DNA of 64,000 nt from an uncultured Pseudomonadota bacterium (GTDB lineage: Bacteria > Oederibacteriota > Muellerivitia > Muellerivitales > Muellerivitaceae). Positions 55,498-64,000 of this stretch are shown here, one piece after another (positions within the stretch are counted from its first letter, which is position 1; each line of letters starts with the position of its first letter). Under the pieces are notes generated by a model, which worked only from the letters and a program-made list of their open reading frames with translations, made no database searches and was not told the DNA's origin. The stretch is taken from the NCBI GenBank assembly GCA_963770835.1, contig CAVYRH010000005.1:327794-391793 (forward strand), in the 5' to 3' direction. The translations under genes were made by a program, and so were the position numbers.

Positions 55498-56780
55498 AGA
55501 CCAAAATCAAACCGAAAAAACAAAAGCCTTTGTCCGTTCCCCCACGCTCCAGGAGAAACGCGGCTTATGACGTTACGAAAGTACGAAAAGATTTTCCCAT
55601 CCTCCGGGAAAAGGTCCACGGTAAGCCGCTGGTTTACCTGGACAACGCCGCCACTACCCAAAAACCTCTTTCCGTCATCGAAGCCTTGGACAAGTATTAC
55701 CGGGAATACAACTCCAACATCCACCGGGGCCTTCACCTTTTAAGCGAAAGGGCCACCGAAGCCTATGAGGCCTCCCGCATTAAGGTCCAAAAATTCATGA
55801 ACGCCGCCGATTCGCGGGAAATCATCTTTACCCGGGGGGCAACCGAAGGAATCAACTTGGTGGCTCAAACCTGGGGACGGCAGAGCGTGAAGGCCGGGGA
55901 TGAGGTGTTGGTGACGAACATGGAGCATCATTCCAACATTGTGCCCTGGCAGATGCTCTGCGGGGAAAAGGGCGCAACCCTGAAAGTGGTGCCCATCAAT
56001 GACGACGGCGAATTAATTCTTAAGGAATTTCACAAACTTCTTACCTCCAAAACCAAAATTTTGGCGGTCACCCACGTTTCCAACGCCCTGGGCACGGTGA
56101 ACCCCCTCGCGGAAATCATCAAGGCGGCCCACGAAAAGGGCATAAAAGTCTTGGCGGACGGGGCCCAGTCGATTCCCCATTTGGCCGTTGATGTCCAAGA
56201 ACTGGATTGCGACTTTTATGTTTTCTCGGGTCACAAGATCTACGGCCCCACGGGCATCGGGGTTTTGTACGGGAAGTACGCCTTGCTGGATTCCATGCCA
56301 CCTTACCAGGGTGGGGGCGACATGATTTCCTCCGTCACCTTCGAGAGGACCCTTTACAAAAAACCGCCCCATAAGTTCGAGGCGGGGACGCCTCATATCG
56401 CGGGCGTTATCGGCTTGGGTTCGGCCTTGGACTATGTGATGAATATCGGGCTCGGCGATATCGCGGCCCATGAGCACGACCTATTGGTTTATGGAACCCA
56501 AAAGCTAAAAGAAATACCAGAATTGAAATTGATCGGGACGGCCCGGAACAAGGCAGGGGTCCTATCCTTCACCCTAGGGGAAATCCATCCCCATGATATC
56601 GGCACCATCTTGGACCGGCAGGGAGTGGCTATCCGTGCCGGGCATCATTGTGCCCAGCCGGTGATGGAAAGGTTCCAGATCCCGGCCACGGCCCGGGCCT
56701 CCCTAGGGCTCTACAACACCCGGGAAGAAATTGATGCCCTGGTGAAGGCTCTTCGGAAAGTTTTGGAGGTATTCGGCTGA
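55494..56780 (+). CDS. sufS: Cysteine desulfurase SufS (class V aminotransferase, group II)
   Basis: PLVYLDNAATTQKP, the PLP-Lys region SGHKIYGPTGIGVLYGK, and the catalytic-Cys loop RAGHHCAQP. Confidence 0.9.
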   Translation: MKTKIKPKKQKPLSVPPRSRRNAAYDVTKVRKDFPILREKVHGKPLVYLDNAATTQKPLSVIEALDKYYREYNSNIHRGLHLLSERATEAYEASRIKVQKFMNAADSREIIFTRGATEGINLVAQTWGRQSVKAGDEVLVTNMEHHSNIVPWQMLCGEKGATLKVVPINDDGELILKEFHKLLTSKTKILAVTHVSNALGTVNPLAEIIKAAHEKGIKVLADGAQSIPHLAVDVQELDCDFYVFSGHKIYGPTGIGVLYGKYALLDSMPPYQGGGDMISSVTFERTLYKKPPHKFEAGTPHIAGVIGLGSALDYVMNIGLGDIAAHEHDLLVYGTQKLKEIPELKLIGTARNKAGVLSFTLGEIHPHDIGTILDRQGVAIRAGHHCAQPVMERFQIPATARASLGLYNTREEIDALVKALRKVLEVFG

Positions 56781-57244
56781 TGTCGGATTTTAGCGATCTT
56801 TACCAGGACTTGATCCTCGACCACCAAAAAACCCCCCGCAATTTCGGGGATTTGGCCGACGCAAACCACCATGCGGACGGGTTTAACCCCTTATGCGGGG
56901 ACAAGATCACGCTGGACCTCAAGGTGAATCCGGAAGGTGTGATTGAGGATGTTAAATTCAAAGGGTCTGGCTGTGCCATCTCCAAAGCCTCCGCCTCTAT
57001 GATGACGGTCGCCCTTAAAGGGAAGAGAACCGCCGAGGCCGAGAAGATCTTCACCCAGTTTCACGATATGGTCATGGGCAAGGAAGGCGCCAAAACCACG
57101 GACCTGGGCAAACTCAAGGTTTTCGGGGGAGTCCGGGATTACCCTGCCCGCGTCAAGTGCGCCAGCCTGGCTTGGCATACCCTGGAAGCCGCCTTACACG
57201 ACGAGAAAGAGGTTATTTCCACCGAAAGCGGGGAGGAAAGCTGA
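56780..57244 (+). CDS. sufU: SufU-type (IscU-like, Zn-dependent) sulfur acceptor/scaffold
   Basis: NPLCGDKITL, GSGCAISKASASMM and ARVKCASLAWH give three conserved Cys and the SufU-type insertion. Confidence 0.8.
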   Translation: MSDFSDLYQDLILDHQKTPRNFGDLADANHHADGFNPLCGDKITLDLKVNPEGVIEDVKFKGSGCAISKASASMMTVALKGKRTAEAEKIFTQFHDMVMGKEGAKTTDLGKLKVFGGVRDYPARVKCASLAWHTLEAALHDEKEVISTESGEES

Positions 57245-57245
57245 A

Positions 57246-57812
57246 ATGGCTTACGAACTGGTCACCCTCAAGCGCGATTGTAAAGCCATCACCATCCCTT
57301 ACGGCACCGAAACGGTCGTGTTCAAGGATGAGAAGGTGTATATCACCCAAACGTTGGGCGGCAGTTTTACCATCCAACGCGATAACGGCCAATTGGTGCG
57401 CATCGACGGGCAGGACGCGGACGTGTTGGGAAAGGAAGTTCCCGCTGAAGCCAAGGTTTTCAAAATCGAATACGGGGACGAAGCGCCCCGGGACGACAAG
57501 GAAATCGAAAAGGATGTATGGGACCGCTTGAAAACCTGCTATGACCCGGAAATCCCGGTGGATATCGTGGAATTGGGTCTCATTTATAGTTGTAAGATCA
57601 CTCCCCATCCCCAAGGCGGCAAGAAAGTAGAAGTGGTTATGACGCTGACCGCACCTGGATGCGGCATGTCCACGGTCTTGAAAACCGAAATCGAACAAAA
57701 GCTCAGCCGCATCCCCGGCGTCAAGGAAGCCTACGTCGAAGTTACCTTCGATCCACCCTGGAACCAATCCCTCATGACGGAAGCCGCCCGGCTTCAATTG
57801 GGAATGATGTAA
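57246..57812 (+). CDS. sufT: SufT/DUF59 (MIP18-family) Fe-S assembly protein with an extra ~85-aa N-terminal domain
   Basis: The C-terminal ~105 aa (VWDRLKTCYDPEIPVDIVELGLIY...TLTAPGCGMS...) is a DUF59/SufT domain. The N-terminal 85 aa (MAYELVTLKRDCKAITIPYGTETVVFKDEKVYITQTLGG...) is an unrecognised β-rich domain. Confidence 0.7.
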   Translation: MAYELVTLKRDCKAITIPYGTETVVFKDEKVYITQTLGGSFTIQRDNGQLVRIDGQDADVLGKEVPAEAKVFKIEYGDEAPRDDKEIEKDVWDRLKTCYDPEIPVDIVELGLIYSCKITPHPQGGKKVEVVMTLTAPGCGMSTVLKTEIEQKLSRIPGVKEAYVEVTFDPPWNQSLMTEAARLQLGMM

Positions 57813-57947
57813 AAAGAATTTTCCCAAACAACGTTAAACCAAGTGAGGCCTTAAAGGAATCAACTGGCGGGGCGATAGGCTTTTTTTGAAAAAGATGCTA
57901 GGAACGTTTTGCTATTAAATATAAAATAACCCCGCTTTAAACAAATT

Positions 57948-58442
57948 TTGAAAAGCGGGATATTTATGGCCAACTTTAATCTGAAATCCATTTTGCGCGT
58001 CCTATTTATGAAAATGATTGGCGTAATTGTGGCCGTCATACTCCTCCCCATCGCCCTTCTTTTTCTTGCCTATCCCATTGTTTTATTGGCGACCTCTCAA
58101 GGAGGGATAGACGCCAAGGTCGCCCTGGTTTCGGACCATCTCAGTAAAATTAAAACCGGTTACCGGATCGGGGGGATCTTTACTGTGGCAGCGGAAAAGC
58201 CGGGAGTGAAAAAGGGCTCCAGCCCAAAGGCCGTTCTTGACGAAAATATCTACTGCCTTTATCCCGTTTTGCCGGACCAGTTGCAGCCAGTTAAGGGGGA
58301 CATCATTCGTGTTTGGCCCTCGAAGAGACCGCTCTTGGGGGATCCCTCCACCGAGGGGTGGGGATGGTTTATCGCCGGTACGGTTTTCGTATTAGGGCTT
58401 GTCCTGTTGGAATTTGTTTTTTTGGTCCTTACCATGGCCTGA
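57948..58442 (+). CDS. Hypothetical membrane protein (N-terminal TM anchor plus a small soluble domain)
   Basis: TM helix [25 protein letters not shown], and a second hydrophobic segment at the C-terminus. No motif recognised. Confidence 0.4.
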   Translation: MKSGIFMANFNLKSILRVLFMKMIGVIVAVILLPIALLFLAYPIVLLATSQGGIDAKVALVSDHLSKIKTGYRIGGIFTVAAEKPGVKKGSSPKAVLDENIYCLYPVLPDQLQPVKGDIIRVWPSKRPLLGDPSTEGWGWFIAGTVFVLGLVLLEFVFLVLTMA

Positions 58443-58581
58443 TTCCCGACAATTCTTCGTGACTTTCAAAAAATTTTATCTTTTTAAAAAAGTTTTCAAA
58501 GGCGGTGCTTTTGGATACTATGAGGGCCTTCCGGGACCCGCTCCCCGAAGGCTGTTAAATTTTATGGTAGAGGTTAGTCGA

Positions 58582-58782
58582 ATGGCTCAAGGGACCGTGA
58601 AGTGGTTTAAGAATGAAAAAGGTTTTGGCTTTATCTCCCAGGACGGCGGCGAGGACGTGTTCGTGCACTACTCCTCCATCCAGTCCGATGGGTTCAAGAC
58701 TTTGAATGAGGGGGACCGCGTGGAATTCGAAGTCACCCAAGGTGAAAAGGGCTTGAAGGCCGAAAACGTCCGCAAAATTTGA
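58582..58782 (+). CDS. cspA: Cold-shock protein (CspA family)
   Basis: [50 protein letters not shown] (RNP1/RNP2 motifs). 66 aa, with a long 5' leader. The ORF is open from 58399. Confidence 0.9.
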   Translation: MAQGTVKWFKNEKGFGFISQDGGEDVFVHYSSIQSDGFKTLNEGDRVEFEVTQGEKGLKAENVRKI

Positions 58783-58798
58783 AGGATTTACCGCGCTT

Positions 58799-58832
58799 GA
58801 AAGCCCCTGAGTTCTCAGGGGCTTTTTTTTTG
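58799..58832 (+). terminator. Rho-independent terminator after cspA
   Basis: aagcccctgag-ttc-tcaggggctt followed by TTTTTTTTT. Confidence 0.8.
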
Positions 58833-58845
58833 GGATAATGGCTCA

Positions 58846-61041
58846 ATGGGTCTTCAATTAAAGAAAAGCCGCAACCTTGGGATAGGATTGGCCGTTTTCT
58901 TAGGCCTTCTTGGGGAAGAACTCATGTCCCGTCGTGAGGCCGAGTGGACCCTTTGGAGCGGGTTGGCGCTTTTAGGTTTATCCGCTTGGATTCTCCTCCG
59001 CTATATTCCCCCCCCGTCTGCCATTTCATCAGCCCCCAAGCCCTGGAGTCCTCCCCTGGAATGGGCTGCCTTTGTTTTCGCTTTAGGAATCGGCGCTTTT
59101 TGCCGGTGGTACCAACTGGACCGCATTCCGGCGGGCATTTTTATGGACGAAGGAAGCTGGGGATGGGGCGCGGAAAAAATCCTTTACGACGGATGGCGGC
59201 CGTTTTACGACCATCACCTGCGTCCCTTCTATGAAACTTCCGGTCTGGGAGTTTGGGAACTGTTTAGTTATTACTTCCTAGCCGCCTGGTTCTGGCTGGT
59301 CGAGCCTTCCCGCTGGTCCCTTTTTTCATTCTCCAATCTATTTTCCCTCCTGGGTGCAATGCTGGCTTATTGGGTTTTCCGCCAATGGACCAACGCCCGA
59401 ACGGCATGGGTGGGGCTTTTTTTCATGGTCACGCTCAGGTGGTACCTGAATTTCAGCCGTTGCGCCCATCCTGCTTATGACGTGCCCTTTTACCTTTGCG
59501 GCACCCTGGCCTTCTGGCTCTATTCCCATAAGACCGACCGCCTTTGGGCCTGGATCGCTTGCGCCATTTTCCTTTCCGCCGGTTTTTACGCCTACCCAGC
59601 CCTTCTGGTCATGCCTTTGCTGGTGGCCTTGTGGGCTTTTTATGAATGGAAGAAGCAAGTTTCGAACCGGCCAAAACTTTTCCGGCGATACCTTTTGGGG
59701 TTCGCAATGACACTTCTATTTAGTGCCCCCATATGGGTTGGGATGATCCTTCGCCACAGCTTGGGCGCACGGGAAGAACAAGACTGGTTTTTTTCGAAGG
59801 CTCAGTCGGATGCAGGGATCGCTTTCCTGCGGCATTTTTTCCATTTTGCCCTGATGTTTGACCGGCAAGGCGACTGGTGGCCCATTCATAATTGGCCAAA
59901 TTACCGCATGTTGGACCCCGTCACAGGCTTCCTGTTTTTCATCGGTTTGATCTATGCCATTCGAAATTGGAAAGAACAGCCTTTCTTTTACTGCTTGTGC
60001 GGGATTTTTGTGATGGCTTTACCAGGACTTTTAACCGCGTCGGATGCCCCCGTCAGCCACGTCATCGGAATGATCCCATTCATTGTTTATCTCGCCGCCC
60101 AATCCTTCACTCGTTTATGGGACTCCTTGGATCTTAAAACCGCCTTTTCCCGGAAAACCTACTTTGGGATAGCTTTCCTCCTTCTCGCCGGCATGGGTTG
60201 GAGCAACTTTTACGACTACTTTTACCGGCAGGAAAGGGACCCAGTGGTATGTACCGCTTTTTATCCCGACGCGACGGCCGTGGGGGAACGGGTGCAACAA
60301 GGTGGGGAAAGTGAAGTGGTTCTTGTCCCTAAATTTTTTGGGAATTTCATCGTCAACTTCCTGGCTTACAAGAAAGCTGCCAACTTTCAATTATTGAATA
60401 CCTGGACCCTTTCCTGGGGTGGCTCAGGCAAAGTCGAAAAAACCTTATTGTTCGTACTGGATGAGGGAAAGACCGGGTTGCTTCCGCTGCTCCAAAAGAC
60501 ATATCCCGGTGGATCAACTGAGATTTACGAATACTTTAAAGGCTGGCCCTTGGTTTACTTTTACAGGGTTCCGGCAGGAAGCCCCCATTGGAAGGGAACT
60601 GTAGGAGGCATCCAGGGAGTCTACTGGGCCTCCGGCGATTGGAGTGGGCCGCCGGTTTTGGCCCGTGCCGACCCCATCCTGAATTTCACTTTCCGCAGCG
60701 ATTTCGGCTTGGCGGACTTTAAAACCCTTTCGGCCCGGTGGACGGGGTTCGTGGCGGTGCCCGAATCGGGCTCTTATTCCTTCCTCACCCTGACGACCGA
60801 CCAGTCGGCGGTCCGGGTGGACGGGCGGAAGGTCATGGAAGGGCATGGAACCCAGGAGGGGGTGGTTTTCCTCAAGCCGGGCCGCCATCCGATCCAGGTC
60901 GACTTCCAAAAAAATTCCGGCGTGGACACGGCTTTCAACCTTTTGTGGAAGATGCCGGGAAGCCAAAATTACCGGATTGTCCCTTTTTGGCAATGGAGCC
61001 AGCCGTTTCGGCGGCCACATCCCAGGGCTTCGAACACTTGA
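58846..61041 (+). CDS. GT-C fold membrane glycosyltransferase (GT39/GT83, PMT/ArnT-like) fused to a C-terminal PA14-like domain
   Basis: ~12 TM helices with an early loop motif FMDEGSWGWGAE (the acidic DE of PMT/ArnT-like enzymes). The C-terminal ~130 aa, FRSDFGLADFKTLSARWTGFVAVPESGSYSFLTLTTDQSAVRVDGRKV, is PA14-like. Confidence 0.6.
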   Translation: MGLQLKKSRNLGIGLAVFLGLLGEELMSRREAEWTLWSGLALLGLSAWILLRYIPPPSAISSAPKPWSPPLEWAAFVFALGIGAFCRWYQLDRIPAGIFMDEGSWGWGAEKILYDGWRPFYDHHLRPFYETSGLGVWELFSYYFLAAWFWLVEPSRWSLFSFSNLFSLLGAMLAYWVFRQWTNARTAWVGLFFMVTLRWYLNFSRCAHPAYDVPFYLCGTLAFWLYSHKTDRLWAWIACAIFLSAGFYAYPALLVMPLLVALWAFYEWKKQVSNRPKLFRRYLLGFAMTLLFSAPIWVGMILRHSLGAREEQDWFFSKAQSDAGIAFLRHFFHFALMFDRQGDWWPIHNWPNYRMLDPVTGFLFFIGLIYAIRNWKEQPFFYCLCGIFVMALPGLLTASDAPVSHVIGMIPFIVYLAAQSFTRLWDSLDLKTAFSRKTYFGIAFLLLAGMGWSNFYDYFYRQERDPVVCTAFYPDATAVGERVQQGGESEVVLVPKFFGNFIVNFLAYKKAANFQLLNTWTLSWGGSGKVEKTLLFVLDEGKTGLLPLLQKTYPGGSTEIYEYFKGWPLVYFYRVPAGSPHWKGTVGGIQGVYWASGDWSGPPVLARADPILNFTFRSDFGLADFKTLSARWTGFVAVPESGSYSFLTLTTDQSAVRVDGRKVMEGHGTQEGVVFLKPGRHPIQVDFQKNSGVDTAFNLLWKMPGSQNYRIVPFWQWSQPFRRPHPRASNT

Positions 61042-61122
61042 AAAGCCAGTATTTTAGGCTTGTTCGCCAATAGCAAATCCCTTATGTTAAATTTCCTGTT
61101 TTTCCAGAATTAAAGCCCGGAT

Positions 61123-62064
61123 TTGGACATTATGGCCCTTTCATTGCAAGACCTCATTCTTACCCTGGACCAGTATTGGAGCCGCCAGGGTTGCGTGATT
61201 CAACAACCTTACGACCTGGAAAAGGGCGCTGGCACCTTTAATCCCGCCACCTTTTTTCGTGTCTTGGGCCCCGAACCTTTCCATGTGGCCTACGTGGACC
61301 CCTGCCGCCGCCCCAAGGACGGACGGTACGGAGAAAACCCCAATCGCATGCAGCATTACTATCAGTACCAGATCATCCTCAAGCCCTCCCCAGAAAATAT
61401 GGTGGAGATGTACCTGGAAAGCCTGGAGGAAATCGGCATTCGGCAGGACGAACACGACATCCGCTTCGTGGAGGACGACTGGGAATCCCCCACTTTGGGC
61501 GCCTCAGGGCTGGGCTGGCAGGTTTGGATGGACGGCATTGAAATCACCCAATTCACTTTTTTCCAGACCACAGGCGGCCTGGAATTGAAACCCGTTTCGG
61601 GCGAAATCACCTTCGGCCTGGAGCGTATCGCCACCGTCATCCAAGGCGTCAACAGCGTTTGGGACCTCCATTACGGTGGAAAAAACATCACCTATCGGGA
61701 CATTTTCCTCCAGGCCGAGAAACAGTTCTCCGCTTTCAATTTTGAACAGGCCAACACCAAGATGCTATTGCGACATTTCAAGGACTACGAGGGAGAAGCC
61801 AAACGTCTGCTGGAACTGAAACTGACGGCCCCGGCTTATGATTACGTCATCAAGGCTTCCCACACCTTCAACCTGCTGGATGCCCGGGGCGCTATTTCAG
61901 TGGCGGAGCGCACAAACTATATCGCCCGCGTGAGGGGGATGGCCAAGGCTGTGGCGACGGCTTACGTGAAGGAAAGGGAAGAACTGGGTTTTCCCTTGCT
62001 GAGAAAGGTTCAAAAGAAAGAAAAAGAAGGGCAGGATCTGGCCCGTTATTTTGAAAATACTTAA
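61123..62064 (+). CDS. glyQ: Glycine--tRNA ligase alpha subunit
   Basis: [45 protein letters not shown]...[10 protein letters not shown] is near-identical in pattern to bacterial GlyQ. Confidence 0.9.
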   Translation: MDIMALSLQDLILTLDQYWSRQGCVIQQPYDLEKGAGTFNPATFFRVLGPEPFHVAYVDPCRRPKDGRYGENPNRMQHYYQYQIILKPSPENMVEMYLESLEEIGIRQDEHDIRFVEDDWESPTLGASGLGWQVWMDGIEITQFTFFQTTGGLELKPVSGEITFGLERIATVIQGVNSVWDLHYGGKNITYRDIFLQAEKQFSAFNFEQANTKMLLRHFKDYEGEAKRLLELKLTAPAYDYVIKASHTFNLLDARGAISVAERTNYIARVRGMAKAVATAYVKEREELGFPLLRKVQKKEKEGQDLARYFENT

Positions 62065-62103
62065 GCGACTTTCCATTTTGTTGTCAGGGCTACAGGGACT
62101 TTA

Positions 62104-64000
62104 ATGATCTTAAAAGACGCAGTGCTTGAAATCGGATGCGAGGAGCTTCCTTCTTCCTATATCCGCCCGGCCATCGACCAGATGGTGGTAGCCGCGGAAG
62201 CTTCCCTCAAGGACCACCGCATTTCCTACCAGCACCTCTATACCTATTACACTCCACGCCGACTGGCGCTTTTCTTCAAGGGCCTTCCCGAAATGCAGCA
62301 GGATTCCAGCAAGGAAGTCACCGGGCCCCTGGTATCGGTGGCTTTCGACGAGCACGGCCTTCCCACCCGGGCCGGGGAGGGGTTCGCCAAGGCCCAGGGT
62401 GTTTCGGCGGCGTCCCTGAAGCGAAAAATGACCCCCAAGGGCGAAGTCGTGGTGGCCCTTAAAAAGGGCGGAGGACGGCTCACTTGCGAGATCCTGGCGG
62501 AAGTTTTTCCCGAGGTCATCAAGAAAATCCGCTTCCCCAAGGTTCAGCGCTGGGGAAACGGCGATTTCCTTTTCGCCCGGCCCATCCGCTGGATCTGCGC
62601 GGTCTTTTCCCGTTCCGTCATCGCCTTTGAGATCGCCGGTCTTTACAGCAGCCGCGAGACGCGAGGTTTACGGGCCTTGAAACAAGGGCCTTTGGACGTG
62701 GTGGAAGCGGGGGATTACCTGGAAGTCCTCAAACAGGCGGGCGTGATCGCAGACCCCGATGAGCGCCGCCAGATGATTTGGAACAGGGTGCAACTGGCCG
62801 CGGCGGAAAAAGAGACCCTCGTCATTCCCGATCCGGACCTCTTGGGTGATGTAAATAACCTCATTGAATCGCCAGATGTGATCATGGGTTCCTTCGACCC
62901 GAAATACCTCGAACTTCCGGAACAAGTCATTGTGACCGCCATGCGAGAACACCAAAAATACTTTGCCGCGCGTGATAGGGAAGGGGTCCTGGTCCCCTGT
63001 TTCATCGGCGTCATCAACGGCACGCCGAGGGACAAAAGTGTCGTAATCCGGGCCAATGAGGGTGTGTTAAAGGCCCGTTTGGAGGATGCCCGGTTCTTCG
63101 TGGCCGAAGACATGAAGGTTCCCCTGGAAACCTGGGCAGAAAAACTTTCCGGCATCACTTGGCTGGAGGGAATGGGAAGCATGGCTTACAAATCCCAAAG
63201 GCTCTCGAGTTTGACCCGGAAATTGGGACCTCTTTGTGGGATACCAGCTGAAAAAGTAAAAATTGCCGAAGAAGCAGCGCTTTTGTGCAAGGCGGACTTA
63301 GCCACCAACATTATCCGCGAGAAGGAATTCAACAGCCTTCAGGGATATATGGGAGGTTATTACGTGATCCGACAAGGAAAACAAGAAGTGGGCGAAGCTA
63401 TTCAACGGCATTATTGGCCGCGTTTTTCCGGCGACAAACTTCCTGGTACAAAGGAATCATCCCTTTTGAGCATGGCGGACAAGCTGGATACCATCGTGGG
63501 TTGTTTCAAGGCGCGGATTATCCCCACCGGATCCCAGGACCCCTTCGCCCTGAGGCGCCAGGCCTTGGGCGTGCTCCAAATCCTGCTTGAGAATAAATAC
63601 AAGGTTTCCCTGGAAGACTTAGTCAAGGCGGTGGAAAAGCAATACGGGGAAAAGTCCAAAGGCAAGGAAATTCCGGAAATTCTGGATTTCCTCAAGGGTC
63701 GGCTGCAAACGGTGCTCGAAGCCAAGGGGCTTTCCTACGACGTGATCAATGCCGTTACCGCCACCGAAGCGCCGACCCTTATTGAAATGGTCGCAAAGGC
63801 CGAGACGGTCCAGAAGAACAAGATGGACTTGGATTTTCAAAAACTGGTCACCGCCGCGGGCCGGGTACTGCGCATCCTTCCTGAGAAAAAAGTTTCGGAC
63901 AAGGTGTCCAAGCTTCTTTTGAAGTTGGAAGAAGAAAAAGACCTCTATGAAAAGATTCAATTCGCCCAGAAATTAGTCGGGGATACGGACCATGACAGCG
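62104..64000 (+). CDS. glyS: Glycine--tRNA ligase beta subunit (3'-partial, runs off the window)
   Basis: MILKDAVLEIGCEELPSSYIRPAIDQM..., and an open frame with no stop before 64000. Confidence 0.85.
   Translation, partial: MILKDAVLEIGCEELPSSYIRPAIDQMVVAAEASLKDHRISYQHLYTYYTPRRLALFFKGLPEMQQDSSKEVTGPLVSVAFDEHGLPTRAGEGFAKAQGVSAASLKRKMTPKGEVVVALKKGGGRLTCEILAEVFPEVIKKIRFPKVQRWGNGDFLFARPIRWICAVFSRSVIAFEIAGLYSSRETRGLRALKQGPLDVVEAGDYLEVLKQAGVIADPDERRQMIWNRVQLAAAEKETLVIPDPDLLGDVNNLIESPDVIMGSFDPKYLELPEQVIVTAMREHQKYFAARDREGVLVPCFIGVINGTPRDKSVVIRANEGVLKARLEDARFFVAEDMKVPLETWAEKLSGITWLEGMGSMAYKSQRLSSLTRKLGPLCGIPAEKVKIAEEAALLCKADLATNIIREKEFNSLQGYMGGYYVIRQGKQEVGEAIQRHYWPRFSGDKLPGTKESSLLSMADKLDTIVGCFKARIIPTGSQDPFALRRQALGVLQILLENKYKVSLEDLVKAVEKQYGEKSKGKEIPEILDFLKGRLQTVLEAKGLSYDVINAVTATEAPTLIEMVAKAETVQKNKMDLDFQKLVTAAGRVLRILPEKKVSDKVSKLLLKLEEEKDLYEKIQFAQKLVGDTDHDS

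Overview
This window looks like a 64-kb stretch of a moderately GC-rich bacterial chromosome. It is mostly housekeeping genes, with one composite mobile element and several small repeat elements. No rRNA, tRNA or CRISPR array is visible. A T9SS-type C-terminal domain, PMT-like GT-C proteins, the futalosine pathway, SufBCDSU and a split GlyRS hint at an uncultivated FCB-superphylum-like lineage, but this is inference only.

From 5' to 3' the window contains:
- A GT-C/TPR membrane protein, probably truncated at the window edge, followed by truA.
- An 8-kb menaquinone block of the futalosine (Mqn) pathway: a UbiD-like decarboxylase, UbiE/MenG, UbiX, an AT-rich secreted ORF inserted in the block, a UbiA-like prenyltransferase, two radical-SAM MqnC/MqnE paralogs flanking an MqnA/D-family gene, and queF next door.
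- A TPR protein, a spermidine-synthase-like gene and an AT-rich hypothetical ORF.
- An IS5-family insertion sequence (terminal inverted repeats, 3-bp ATT duplication). Its transposase gene is split by a complete bacterial group II intron inserted antisense, with its own RT/maturase ORF, a recognisable 5' GUGCG end and a domain V. The IS sits on the last codons of a GT9 heptosyltransferase gene.
- An amidohydrolase, rplM-rpsI with a consensus promoter and a clean terminator, a Nudix hydrolase, a LOG-family protein, a large secreted hypothetical protein and a PilZ protein.
- A ~155-bp structured element with perfect 14-bp terminal inverted repeats, lying just upstream of a UvrD/PcrA-family helicase.
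- A dienelactone hydrolase, then a ~144-bp MITE whose ends resemble the IS terminal repeats.
- gatCAB, an SPFH protein, a HAD hydrolase, a small lipoprotein and an α/β hydrolase.
- A nested GC-rich palindrome.
- A minus-strand envelope cluster: a small protein with a T9SS-type C-terminal domain, an outer-membrane β-barrel/TPR protein, an ECF sigma factor, its anti-sigma, and a cytochrome c.
- A repetitive Thr/Pro- and Gly-rich secreted protein, a GH2 β-glucuronidase-like enzyme, an AEC transporter, ftsK-lolA, a RodZ-like gene, yajQ, recO and gntK.
- An Rrf2-sufBCDSU-sufT operon, cspA, a GT-C glycosyltransferase fused to a PA14 domain, and glyQ with the start of glyS.

The most interesting items are the IS / group II intron composite and its MITE relative, the candidate structured RNA at 24.4 kb, the phased TCCGTG repeats upstream of the UbiD-like gene, and a possible protein O-glycosylation theme (PMT-like glycosyltransferases plus many Thr/Pro-linker secreted proteins).
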